Shown: one piece after another, positions 54,322 to 63,031 of the stretch
How the letters are laid out: the number at the start of each line of letters is the position of its first letter
Numbering within the stretch: position 1 is the first letter of the stretch
DNA from: an uncultured bacterium
GTDB lineage: Bacteria; Bacillota; Clostridia; Oscillospirales; CAG-272
DNA length: 63,031 nt
Direction of reading: 5' to 3'
Assembly (NCBI GenBank): GCA_949293405.1
Contig: CASFDI010000032.1
Span: 1-63,031, forward strand
Translations under genes and position numbers: made by a program
The notes under the pieces: model-generated
What the model was told of the DNA's origin: nothing
Database searches by the model: none
The model's input: only the letters and a program-made list of their open reading frames with translations

Positions 54322-56528
54322 ATCTGTTTTACCGTAGGCCGCTGTTCTTTGTCACTTTACTTTTTCCTGCTCTTCTCGCCTGCTTTGCCCCTCTCCCCGC
54401 GGTCGCACAGATCGGCGCGCTGTGTGTATCGGCAACCGGACTTTTTCTGTCCGCCCTGCGGCGATGCCGCCGTCTGATTCTGCTTTTTTCTGCATCTGTT
54501 GTCGCCGCACTGCTGGTTCTCTTTGCATATACCTATCCTGCCGATCGTGTGGCAAAGACCGAAGGGGATGTCAGCAGCATCTCGGGAACCGTTACCGGGA
54601 TCAGCTATTCGGAAGACGGTTACAGTATTTTTACAGCCCGGCTGTATACACTCAATGACCGTCCATTGCTGACCACCTGTGAGATCAGCCTGCATGACCC
54701 GGCAGAAATCAGAGTCGGCATGCACTTTACTCTCCGTGCATCCCTGAGCGTACTCTCCCCGACGCAGTCTCCACTGGTGCGCCTGTGTGCAGATGAGTGT
54801 TCTGACCTTCAGATTACCAAAACGCCGGGGGCTGTCCGATCCGCCATGACCGATCTTTCGGACAGGCTTTCCGACCGCCTGTATGCGGTATTCGATCCGG
54901 ATACCGCAGGGCTTCTGCGCGCTGTTCTGCTGGGAAACCGGGACGGACTTGACGATCAGACCAACCTTGCCTTCCGCAGAATCGGCATTGCGCATGTCCT
55001 TGCACTCAGCGGTCTGCATCTGGTGATCCTTGCGGGCGGCCTGCGTGAACTGATGCGGCTGCTACATATACATAAGAAAATCATTCTGATCTGCACAGCA
55101 CTGTTTATCCTCTTCTATCTGGGGCTGACCGGTTTTTCGCTCTCGGTTGTACGCGCCGGTATCATGGCCATGATGGCAATCGGTGCCTCTCTGATCTCAG
55201 AAAACTACGATTCCCCGACCGCGCTGAGCACCACAGCGTCGGTACTGGCCCTCTTTTCTCCCGGTGTCGTATATGATCCCAGCTATCTGCTCAGCTTTTT
55301 CGCAACAGCGGGTGTTCTTCTTGCGGGACATCTGCTGAACCGGATTCCCTATCCGCAATCCCGACTGCTCCGGTTCTGGAAGCGTCACATTCTTCCGCCG
55401 CCTGTGGTGACCATCGGAGCATCTCTGTTGACGCTTCCGTTTGTGTCGCTGTTCTTCGGAAGTTTCTCTCTGCTTTCCATACCCGCCAATATCATTGTTG
55501 TTCCCCTGTTGACTCTGCAAATGTACCTGGCCATTCCGGTACTGCTGTTTGGCAACCTTCTGGCACCTGTCGGAGAAGTGCTTGCTCTTCCTGCACAGGC
55601 CGCCGTTTTTCTTTCCTCGCAGATGTCTTCATGGAATGCACCGCTGCTGCCCGTCGGCAGTTCCGTAGTGACCCTGTGCTGCGCCCTGTCGCTCGGAGTT
55701 CTGTTGTTATTTCTGGCTCTGCCTTCTGTTTCCCGTCGGATCGGTGCACTTCTGATCGGCGTCATCGTGCTGCTGAATGTAGTTCCCATTTCGGTGCAGG
55801 CAGCCGTTTGTCATACCGGTGCGGTTCTGCAGTACGGTGTGAGCGATACCTCAGAATTTCTGATTGTACGAGACGGAAGCGAAAGTGCTCTGCTGGACAT
55901 CGGCAACGGCAGCAAGTCCTCCTATTATGATGCGGCCGACCTGTTACGCGCCGGAGGTATTACAGACCTGCAGCAGCTGATTCTGACGCACTATCATAAT
56001 CGGATCACAGACGGAGTCTCCTACCTGTTCCGTACGGTCAAAGTAGAGAATTTCTGTCTGCCCTATCCCGGTACACAGGATGAATATCTGCTCTTCCTGC
56101 AATTGTGTACTCTGGCGGAGAGTGCCGGCATTTCACCTGTCATTTTTTACCGTACGGCCCCCCTGACGGTCGGTCAGACAGAAATCACACTTTCCCCGCT
56201 TCTTACGGTGTCACATTCCGTGCACCCGGTCTTTTCTGTTCAGATCAGACGCGGAGAACACACCTGTGTGTATTCCTCATCCGCCTATACGGAAACCGCT
56301 CCCGCGGCATGGCTTGACGCTCTGTTCTGTGATACCGATGTTCTGATTCTGGGTATCCATGGTCCCCGCAGTACAAAAACGCTTTACTGGCGCGCCGATG
56401 CAACGGTAGAACAGGTGGTGCTGGCTGATCCGACGCTGCACCTGTATCCCTTCGGAGATGGATACGAAAATTATCTTGAAACCCCGCAGGTGCATACTCC
56501 GCAATCCTTTTCCCTGCCTCTTGACTGA
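54318..56528 (+). CDS. comEC: ComEC/Rec2 DNA internalisation channel protein
   Basis: N-terminal OB/DUF4131-like region, a polytopic competence domain, and a C-terminal metallo-beta-lactamase-like domain whose metal motif is degenerate (THYHNRITDG). Confidence 0.85.
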   Translation: MNLFYRRPLFFVTLLFPALLACFAPLPAVAQIGALCVSATGLFLSALRRCRRLILLFSASVVAALLVLFAYTYPADRVAKTEGDVSSISGTVTGISYSEDGYSIFTARLYTLNDRPLLTTCEISLHDPAEIRVGMHFTLRASLSVLSPTQSPLVRLCADECSDLQITKTPGAVRSAMTDLSDRLSDRLYAVFDPDTAGLLRAVLLGNRDGLDDQTNLAFRRIGIAHVLALSGLHLVILAGGLRELMRLLHIHKKIILICTALFILFYLGLTGFSLSVVRAGIMAMMAIGASLISENYDSPTALSTTASVLALFSPGVVYDPSYLLSFFATAGVLLAGHLLNRIPYPQSRLLRFWKRHILPPPVVTIGASLLTLPFVSLFFGSFSLLSIPANIIVVPLLTLQMYLAIPVLLFGNLLAPVGEVLALPAQAAVFLSSQMSSWNAPLLPVGSSVVTLCCALSLGVLLLFLALPSVSRRIGALLIGVIVLLNVVPISVQAAVCHTGAVLQYGVSDTSEFLIVRDGSESALLDIGNGSKSSYYDAADLLRAGGITDLQQLILTHYHNRITDGVSYLFRTVKVENFCLPYPGTQDEYLLFLQLCTLAESAGISPVIFYRTAPLTVGQTEITLSPLLTVSHSVHPVFSVQIRRGEHTCVYSSSAYTETAPAAWLDALFCDTDVLILGIHGPRSTKTLYWRADATVEQVVLADPTLHLYPFGDGYENYLETPQVHTPQSFSLPLD

Positions 56529-56552
56529 TTCACTATCCCGGAGGAATAATCC

Positions 56553-57935
56553 ATGATCGAAAACGACCTCGGCAAAGACAGCATACCCAAACTGGTACGC
56601 CGGATTGCCATTCCCAGTATGATTGCACAGTTTGTCAGCGTTCTGTACAGCATCGTAGACCGCATGTATATCGGACATATTCCGGAAATCGGCAGCCTTG
56701 CACTTGCCGGAGTAGGCATCTGCGGCCCCGTGCTCACCATGATTGCATCGGTGGCATCCTGGATCGGAATCGGAGGAGCGCCACTGATGAGCATCAGACT
56801 CGGAGAAAAGAATCAGGCAGAAGCACGAAAAATACTTTTTCATGCACTGTGGATGCTGTGTGCCGGTTCCGCCCTGCTGATGCTGTTCATCTACCCACTG
56901 ACCGATCCGATGCTCCGGCTGTTCGGTGCCAGTGACACCACACTTCCCTATGCGCGCACCTATTTCATGACCTATATGGCGGGCACACCATTTGCTTTGC
57001 TGTCAGTCGGCATGAATCAGTTCGTCATCAGTCAGGGCTATGCCCGCACCGGCATGCAATCGGTACTGCTCGGAACGGTATTGAACATTGCACTGGATCC
57101 ACTCTTCATCTTTGCTTTTGATATGGGCGTGCGCGGTGCAGCCGTCGCCACTGTGATCTCTCAGCTTGCAAGCTGTGTGTTTGTACTGGTGTTTCTATTC
57201 CGCCCCACCATTCCGGTTCCGATCACCCGATGCCGCCCACAGGCGCGTATTGCAGGGCGCATCCTGCTGATGGGACTTACTCCGTTTCTCATTGTTGCTG
57301 CCGACAACATCATGATTATCGTCATGAACGCTGTTCTGCAGCATTACGGCGGAGCAGAACGAGGTGATATGCTGATCACCTGTGCCACCATCGTACAGAG
57401 TTTCATGCTGCTGGTTACCATGCCGCTCGGCGGCATCACAGGCGGCACCCAAACCATTCTCGGATATAATTACGGCGCCGGTCAGACGGACCGCGTGATC
57501 AGGGCACAACGGCACATCATTAAATTCTGTCTCATTTTCACCTCGGTCATGTTTCTCATTTCACAGACGATGAACCCGCTGTTCATCCGTCTGTTTACAA
57601 ATGATCCTGCCCTGACAGAACTGACCGGACAGTCTATCCGTATTGCAACCCTCGCGGTTATCCCTCTGGGAATTCAATACGAGTTGGTGGACGGGTTTAC
57701 GGCGATGGGACAGGCGGAACTGGCACTGCCACTCTCTTTCTGGAGAAAGATCGCTTATTTCGGATCCCTGTTCATCATTCCTCTGTTCTGGGATGTGCAG
57801 TATGTGTTCTTTGCCGAAGTGGTGTCTGATATTCTGGGGCCGCTTGTCAGCATCTCGGTTTATCTGCTGGTCATCCGGAAAATACTCGGCAGGCGGACCG
57901 CATATCTGGCCCGGCAGAACCACACGGAATCCTAA
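56553..57935 (+). CDS. MATE-family efflux transporter
   Basis: 12-TM protein with a typical MATE N-terminus (LVRRIAIPSMIAQFVSVLYSIVDRMYIG). Confidence 0.88.
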   Translation: MIENDLGKDSIPKLVRRIAIPSMIAQFVSVLYSIVDRMYIGHIPEIGSLALAGVGICGPVLTMIASVASWIGIGGAPLMSIRLGEKNQAEARKILFHALWMLCAGSALLMLFIYPLTDPMLRLFGASDTTLPYARTYFMTYMAGTPFALLSVGMNQFVISQGYARTGMQSVLLGTVLNIALDPLFIFAFDMGVRGAAVATVISQLASCVFVLVFLFRPTIPVPITRCRPQARIAGRILLMGLTPFLIVAADNIMIIVMNAVLQHYGGAERGDMLITCATIVQSFMLLVTMPLGGITGGTQTILGYNYGAGQTDRVIRAQRHIIKFCLIFTSVMFLISQTMNPLFIRLFTNDPALTELTGQSIRIATLAVIPLGIQYELVDGFTAMGQAELALPLSFWRKIAYFGSLFIIPLFWDVQYVFFAEVVSDILGPLVSISVYLLVIRKILGRRTAYLARQNHTES

Positions 57936-57945
57936 TCTGTAAAGT

Positions 57946-57992
57946 AAAAAGAAAAAGAGAGGGGCGGAAAGCGTACGCTTTCCGCGCCTCTC
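57946..57992 (-). terminator. intrinsic terminator serving the minus strand (GH42 transcript)
   Basis: 17-bp hairpin GAGAGGGGCGGAAAGCG-TA-CGCTTTCCGCGCCTCTC (57957-57992, one mismatch). On the minus strand it is followed by TTTTTCTTTTT. Confidence 0.7.
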
Positions 57993-58129
57993 ACATCGAT
58001 GTACTGAGCGGAGAGAACGAACCGACGGACTCAGATTTCCCGAATATGTCAGCACAACCGAAAATGCCATCTGAATGCATAGGAACATCCCGGAAACGGC
58101 ATCGTGCCGATCAGGCAGCAATACCTGTT

Positions 58130-60235
58130 TCATCCTGCAGACGATCCACCGCTGTCCCCATCATGATGTTTTCTCTTCAGGATCACATAGCCGTACGGCT
58201 TCAGAGTAAAGCCATCCTCGCCTGCCGTCTCTTTGGTACAGAGGTCCGTGTATGCACGCGTGGAAGGAACTGTTACCGCATCAGAACAGAAATTCATCAC
58301 AAAAATATAGTCCTGCAGGCCGTCCGACCGCACAGCAGCATGCACCCCGGCGGGCAGATTCCCGAGCGGAGCGACGATGCCGGTCTGGCGGGCAAGCGCC
58401 TCATAGAACGCATGCAGCTGTTCTTCCCCGGTACGGGCCGCGATATAATACACATGGCCTTTTCCCGCTCTGCGGTGTGTGATCAGAGGCATGCCGGCAT
58501 AAAACTCACTTCTGTATACCGCAACCGGCTCCGCCGTTGTACAGTGAATCAGCTCGCACAGGTCCTGCGCCTGAAAGGAGCCTTGCAGTCTGAGCACATT
58601 TTCCTCGCAATATGCCGCTTCCACGCGCTCCGGTTCGTAAAGCGCGTCAATCTCCTCGCACCGGATTCCGAACAATTCATCAAGGCCCACACCCGGCCAT
58701 CCGCCCAGATGACACAGGTCATTTTCATTGACATATCCGGTGAGATAGGTGGCAACCAGTGTACCCCCGCTTTCGGTAAAGCGGCGCATTTTTTCGCCCA
58801 TGCCGTCGGGCGCCATGTACATCATCGGAGCAATCAGAAGATCATAGCCGTCAAACGGATCATCACGCCCGATAATATCGACATTGATACCCGCTTCGCA
58901 GAAATAACGGTAATGTTCCTGACAGGTTTCCGGATAACGGCGCCGTTTGTTCAGTCCGCGCAAATCTTCAATCGCCCAGCGGTTATCCCAGTCGTACAGC
59001 AGCGCGACCCGGGATACCGTAGCGGTTCCTACCAACTCATCGAGTTTTCCGAGGGTCTCTCCCAGCTCGCTGACCTCGCGGAACACGCGTGTCTGCGCAT
59101 GTCCTGCATGGTCTACAACCGCACCATGCAGTTTTTCGCAGGCACCACGGCTTTTGCGGAACTGAAAATACTGGACAGAATCCGCTCCGTGTGCGATCGC
59201 ATGAATGGAAGAAAGCGCATGCATGCCCGGGCGCTTCAGTTTATTGACATCCATCCAGTTGACCACGCTGGGCGTGCTTTCCATCAGGAAGAAAGGCTTT
59301 TTTGAGGGATGCACACAGCGCATCAGGTCATGTGCAAAGGCGGTCTGCACAGCCGTTACATCATCCCCGACCCCATAGGCGTGCCAACGCGGATAACTGT
59401 CCCAGGAGACCAGATCAAGCTCACGCGCCAGCACCCGGTAGTCCAGTCCGGGATACAGCCCCATCAGGTTGGTGGTTACCGGCAGGTCAGAATACTGCCG
59501 GATCGCTGCAATCTCGTTTTTCATAAACGCGGTTGTCTGCCGGGTGACAAACCGCTTCCAGTCCAGATTGAGCCCATGCGTGGAAGTTTCTCCGTTGGGC
59601 AGCGGAGGCTCTATTTCATCAAAACTGCGGAAAGTATGGCTCCAGAAAGCGTTCCACCACTGTTGATTGAGCGTATCGATATCGCCGTATTTTTCACGAA
59701 GAAAATCCCGGAATGCGGCACGGCAGAGATCGCAGTAGCATTCGCCTCCGTACTCGTTCGACAGATGCCAGAGAATGACGCCCGGATGCCGGCCGTAGCG
59801 CTCTGCCAGTTTTCCGTCGATTTCCGCTACCTTTGCCCGGTAATAGGGAGAAGTATAACAGTGATTGTGTCTCACACCGTGATGATTGCGTACACCCATA
59901 TTGCTGACCCGCATTGCCTCGGGATGATTCCGGTCAAGCCACGCAGGCCGTGCCCCCGACGGGGTGGCAAGTACGGTGCGGATCCCGTTCTCATACAAAC
60001 GGTCCAAAGTCTCGTCCAACCATCCGAAACTGTAGACCCCTTCTTCCGGCTCCAGTGCAGACCAGGCAAAAATCGCCACGGTTGCGCTGTTGATATGAGC
60101 CTTGTGCATCAATGAAATATCCTGCTGCAGAATATCAGGACTACTAAGCCACTGATCCGGATTATAGTCTCCTCCATGGACAATATGAGGAAAAGTTGTC
60201 AGCGGTGCAAACCTGACAGGGTTCTGTTTTTTCAT
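58130..60235 (-). CDS. GH42 beta-galactosidase
   Basis: HGGDYNPDQW N-terminus, a catalytic NEYGG region and a ~700-aa three-domain layout. Confidence 0.9.
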   Translation of the reverse strand: MKKQNPVRFAPLTTFPHIVHGGDYNPDQWLSSPDILQQDISLMHKAHINSATVAIFAWSALEPEEGVYSFGWLDETLDRLYENGIRTVLATPSGARPAWLDRNHPEAMRVSNMGVRNHHGVRHNHCYTSPYYRAKVAEIDGKLAERYGRHPGVILWHLSNEYGGECYCDLCRAAFRDFLREKYGDIDTLNQQWWNAFWSHTFRSFDEIEPPLPNGETSTHGLNLDWKRFVTRQTTAFMKNEIAAIRQYSDLPVTTNLMGLYPGLDYRVLARELDLVSWDSYPRWHAYGVGDDVTAVQTAFAHDLMRCVHPSKKPFFLMESTPSVVNWMDVNKLKRPGMHALSSIHAIAHGADSVQYFQFRKSRGACEKLHGAVVDHAGHAQTRVFREVSELGETLGKLDELVGTATVSRVALLYDWDNRWAIEDLRGLNKRRRYPETCQEHYRYFCEAGINVDIIGRDDPFDGYDLLIAPMMYMAPDGMGEKMRRFTESGGTLVATYLTGYVNENDLCHLGGWPGVGLDELFGIRCEEIDALYEPERVEAAYCEENVLRLQGSFQAQDLCELIHCTTAEPVAVYRSEFYAGMPLITHRRAGKGHVYYIAARTGEEQLHAFYEALARQTGIVAPLGNLPAGVHAAVRSDGLQDYIFVMNFCSDAVTVPSTRAYTDLCTKETAGEDGFTLKPYGYVILKRKHHDGDSGGSSAG

Positions 60236-60270
60236 ATGGGTTCTCCTCTTCTGTTAAATCGGGTTGAATT

Positions 60271-60308
60271 AAAAAATACCGGTGCGCCGGTTCGTTTCCG
60301 AACCGGCG
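60271..60308 (-). terminator. intrinsic terminator of leuS
   Basis: Minus strand reads CGCCGGTTCG-GAAA-CGAACCGGCG (60285-60308), then TTTTTT (60271-60276) after an 8-nt spacer. Confidence 0.6.
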
Positions 60309-60322
60309 TCCGGTCTGATAAA

Positions 60323-62725
60323 TTACCGTACCACGATGTTGACAATTTTTCCGGGGACCACGATTTCCTTGACAACGGTCTTGCCGTCCAGCAACTCCGC
60401 GATGCGTGCATCCGCTTTTGCGGCTGCAAGCGCCGTGTCACGGTCCGCATCTGCAGCGACCGAAATCACACTGCGCACTTTTCCGTTGATCTGCACTGCC
60501 AATTCAATCATGGCATCAACCGTCTTTGCGGGATCGTATGTGGGCCATGCGGCAAGGGAGCACAATCCCTCGCCGCCGATCGTCTCCCAGATCTCCTCAG
60601 CAAGGTGCGGTGCAAACGGACAGAGCAGACGGGCCAGAACGCCAAGCTCATCAAGCGTCATGGTTCCGCATTCGCAAATGGTATTGAGCAGGGTCATCAT
60701 GGAAGCAATGGCCGTGTTGAACTTCATCTCTTCAATGTCGGAAGAAACTTTCTTCACCGTCTTATGGAATGCACTTTCCAGAGCGGGCGTCACACCGTGC
60801 CCTTTTGCAATATCGGTCAACGCCGCCACGCGCTCCAGGAAGCGTTTGCATCCCCGCATACTGCTTTCACTCCAGGGAGCCGCACTTCCGTAGTCCCCCA
60901 TAAAGAGCACATAAGTGCGCAAGGTATCAGCGCCATAACGGTCCACCACATCGTTGGGATCCACCACATTGCCGCGCGATTTGCTCATTTTCTGACCGTC
61001 GGGTCCCAGAATCAGCCCCTGTGCGGTGCGCTTGGCGTATGGCTCAGAGGTGGGCACCACACCGATATCATAAAGGAATTTATGCCAGAAACGCGAATAA
61101 ATCATGTGGCGGGTCACATGTTCCATACCGCCGTTATACCAGTCAACCGGCAGCCAGTATGCCAGTTTCTGAGGATCGGCAATAGCATGGTCATTGTGCG
61201 GATCAATATACCGCAGATAATACCAGGATGACCCTGCCCACTGCGGCATGGTATCGGTCTCGCGCCGGGCGTCTGCACCGCATTTCGGGCACTTGCAGTT
61301 GACGAAACTGTCGATCTTTGCGAGCGGGCTTTCACCGCCTTCTCCGGGAGCGAAATTCTCCACCGGCGGCAGTTTCAGCGGCAGCTGATCGTACGGCACC
61401 GGCACCATTCCGCAATGCGGACAGTGCACAATCGGAATCGGCTCGCCCCAATAACGCTGCCGGTTGAATGCCCAGTCCTTCATCTTGAACTGCACACCGG
61501 GCTCACCCACGCCCTTCTCCTGCAGGAAAGCAATCATGCGTTCGATGGCGTCCTTTTTATTGGTGATGCCGTCAAGGAAGCCGGAATTCACCATCTCCCC
61601 GTCACCGGTGTAAGCAGCTTTTTCAATATCTCCGCCCTTGATGACCTGGCGGATCTCGATGCCGAACTGTTTTGCAAATGCCCAGTCACGCTCATCATGT
61701 GCCGGCACCGCCATAATCGCGCCGGTACCGTATCCCATCATGACATAATCGGAAATATAGATCGGAATTTCCGTACCGTTGACCGGATTGATCGCGCTGA
61801 TACCTTCTACCCGCACGCCGGTCTTATCCTTAACCAGCTGGGTACGTTCAAACTCGGTTTTCTTGGCGCATGCGTCACGGTAGGAGTCCAGCGCTTCCGT
61901 ATTCCCGATCCGGTCACGCAACCGGTTGAGCATCGGATGTTCGGGAGCTACCACCATGAAGGTAACGCCGAACAGCGTATCGGGACGGGTGGTATACACG
62001 CGGAGCGTCTCTTCCGAATCCTTGATCCGGAAATTCACAAACGCGCCGGTAGACTTGCCGATCCAGTTGATCTGTTGCTGTCTGACATTGGGCAGATAAT
62101 CGACCTCGTCAAGCCCGGAAAGCAGTTTATCCGCATAGGCAGTGATACGCAGATACCAGACATCTTTGGAGCGCTGAACGATCTCACTGTCGCAGATGTC
62201 GCACTTGCCTCCCTGAGAGTCCTCATTGGAAAGAACAACCTTGCAACTGGGACAGTAGTTGACAAGCGCGGTATCCCGGAAAACCAACCCCGCATCAAAC
62301 ATTTTCAGGAAAATCCACTGCGTCCACTTGTAATAGTTCTCATCGGTCGTGTCAATCACACGGTCCCAGTCAAACGAAAATCCGACACGCTTGAGCTGCG
62401 AGGAAAACTTTTTTATGTTCCGGTCGGTAACCTGTCTTGGATGAATGCCTGTTTTGATGGCATAATTCTCAGTAGGCAGACCGTATGCGTCAAATCCGAT
62501 GGGAAACAGAACATTGTAGCCCTGCATACGCCGTTTGCGGGAAACCACTTCCAGTCCCGAATAGGCCTTGATGTGTCCCACATGCATACCGGCACCGCTG
62601 GGATACGGAAACTCCACAAGCGCGTAGAATTTCGGTTTTTCGGATCGGTCGGATGCATGGAAAGCGCCTTCGCGTTCCCAGCGCTCCTGCCATTTTTTCT
62701 CAATGGTAACGAAATCGTGTTTCAT
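60323..62725 (-). CDS. leuS: leucine--tRNA ligase
   Basis: HVGH (HIGH) and KMSKS motifs, a CP1 editing domain, 800 aa. Confidence 0.97.
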   Translation of the reverse strand: MKHDFVTIEKKWQERWEREGAFHASDRSEKPKFYALVEFPYPSGAGMHVGHIKAYSGLEVVSRKRRMQGYNVLFPIGFDAYGLPTENYAIKTGIHPRQVTDRNIKKFSSQLKRVGFSFDWDRVIDTTDENYYKWTQWIFLKMFDAGLVFRDTALVNYCPSCKVVLSNEDSQGGKCDICDSEIVQRSKDVWYLRITAYADKLLSGLDEVDYLPNVRQQQINWIGKSTGAFVNFRIKDSEETLRVYTTRPDTLFGVTFMVVAPEHPMLNRLRDRIGNTEALDSYRDACAKKTEFERTQLVKDKTGVRVEGISAINPVNGTEIPIYISDYVMMGYGTGAIMAVPAHDERDWAFAKQFGIEIRQVIKGGDIEKAAYTGDGEMVNSGFLDGITNKKDAIERMIAFLQEKGVGEPGVQFKMKDWAFNRQRYWGEPIPIVHCPHCGMVPVPYDQLPLKLPPVENFAPGEGGESPLAKIDSFVNCKCPKCGADARRETDTMPQWAGSSWYYLRYIDPHNDHAIADPQKLAYWLPVDWYNGGMEHVTRHMIYSRFWHKFLYDIGVVPTSEPYAKRTAQGLILGPDGQKMSKSRGNVVDPNDVVDRYGADTLRTYVLFMGDYGSAAPWSESSMRGCKRFLERVAALTDIAKGHGVTPALESAFHKTVKKVSSDIEEMKFNTAIASMMTLLNTICECGTMTLDELGVLARLLCPFAPHLAEEIWETIGGEGLCSLAAWPTYDPAKTVDAMIELAVQINGKVRSVISVAADADRDTALAAAKADARIAELLDGKTVVKEIVVPGKIVNIVVR

Positions 62726-62758
62726 GGTTCTGTCCTTTATGTTGAATATAGAGTTCAG

Positions 62759-63031
62759 TTAGTTTTCCTGTCCTGATGCGAGCGCTGCCTCTTCCTGCTC
62801 CAGCAACGGCGCAATATCGACCAGCGTTTCCTGGCGGCGCAGTCGCTCCAGGTTATAATAAGAACGAGATGCTTCATCAAAGAGATGCACAATGACGCAT
62901 CCCAGATCCACCAGAATCCAGGCGCCTCCGTCACGGCCTTCCACATGAGATGTACAGATGCCCTGCTCGTTCAGATCAGCGCACAGATCGTCCGCAAGGG
63001 ACTTCAGGTGGGTGGACGAGCGCCCGGTTGC
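62759..63031 (-). CDS. rsfS: ribosome silencing factor RsfS, C-terminal part (start lies beyond the window end)
   Basis: Minus-strand translation from the window edge gives ATGRSSTHLKSLADDLCADLNEQGICTSHVEGRDGGAWILVDLGCVIVHLFDEASRSYYNLERL. The rsfS-leuS order is conserved. Confidence 0.85.
   Translation of the reverse strand, partial: ATGRSSTHLKSLADDLCADLNEQGICTSHVEGRDGGAWILVDLGCVIVHLFDEASRSYYNLERLRRQETLVDIAPLLEQEEAALASGQEN

Noticed and set aside
57993-58129. A 137-nt untranslated stretch between the GH42 stop and its terminator, with a 17-codon ORF (MPFPGCSYAFRWHFRLC) and a small CGGCA-CGA-TGCCG hairpin.
   Set aside because: There is no RBS before the ORF and the hairpin is weak. Most likely this is just a 3' UTR shared with the convergent MATE gene end.
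62726-62758. An expected T-box or leader upstream of leuS.
   Set aside because: Only 33 nt separate the rsfS stop from the leuS start, which is too short for a T-box. leuS is evidently co-transcribed with rsfS.

Overview
This is a 63-kb chromosomal segment of a Gram-positive, moderately GC-rich Firmicute. The gene order is Clostridia-like (tilS-hpt-ftsH, gdpP-rplI-dnaB, miaB-ricA-mutS-mutL) and ribosome-binding sites are AGGAGG-type. The window is almost fully coding, with about 50 genes, mostly core functions. These include rpe and ispD/ispF, and a compact dcw cluster (mraZ, rsmH, a membrane protein at the ftsL position, PBP, murE, murF, mraY, ftsW, murG, then ftsZ). Also present are a PPi-type phosphofructokinase, Hsp33, LtaS, YchF, mismatch-repair and tRNA-modification genes, FtsH, DnaB, RecG, RarA, ComEC, a MATE pump, a GH42 beta-galactosidase and LeuS. 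The one clearly accessory unit is a three-gene minus-strand operon at 18974-24230. It encodes a TerB-N/TerB-C protein, a DUF2791 (BrxD-like) P-loop ATPase and an Lhr/BrxHI-like DEAH helicase. This is the TerB-ATPase-helicase triad known as the Shango-type anti-phage system, whose mechanism is unknown. Here it is driven by a perfect consensus promoter, is translationally coupled to a SAM methyltransferase, and runs without a visible terminator into hslO and pfp. Other points worth a second look: a strong intrinsic terminator inside the dcw cluster, and an AT-rich left-end patch holding a promoter-RBS-25-codon ORF-double terminator mini-gene and two frame-disrupted small genes. There is also a ComEC with a degenerate metal-binding motif and an orphan response regulator. 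I saw no rRNA, tRNA, CRISPR array, transposase or integrase. All family calls rest on motif recognition by eye; no searches were run.
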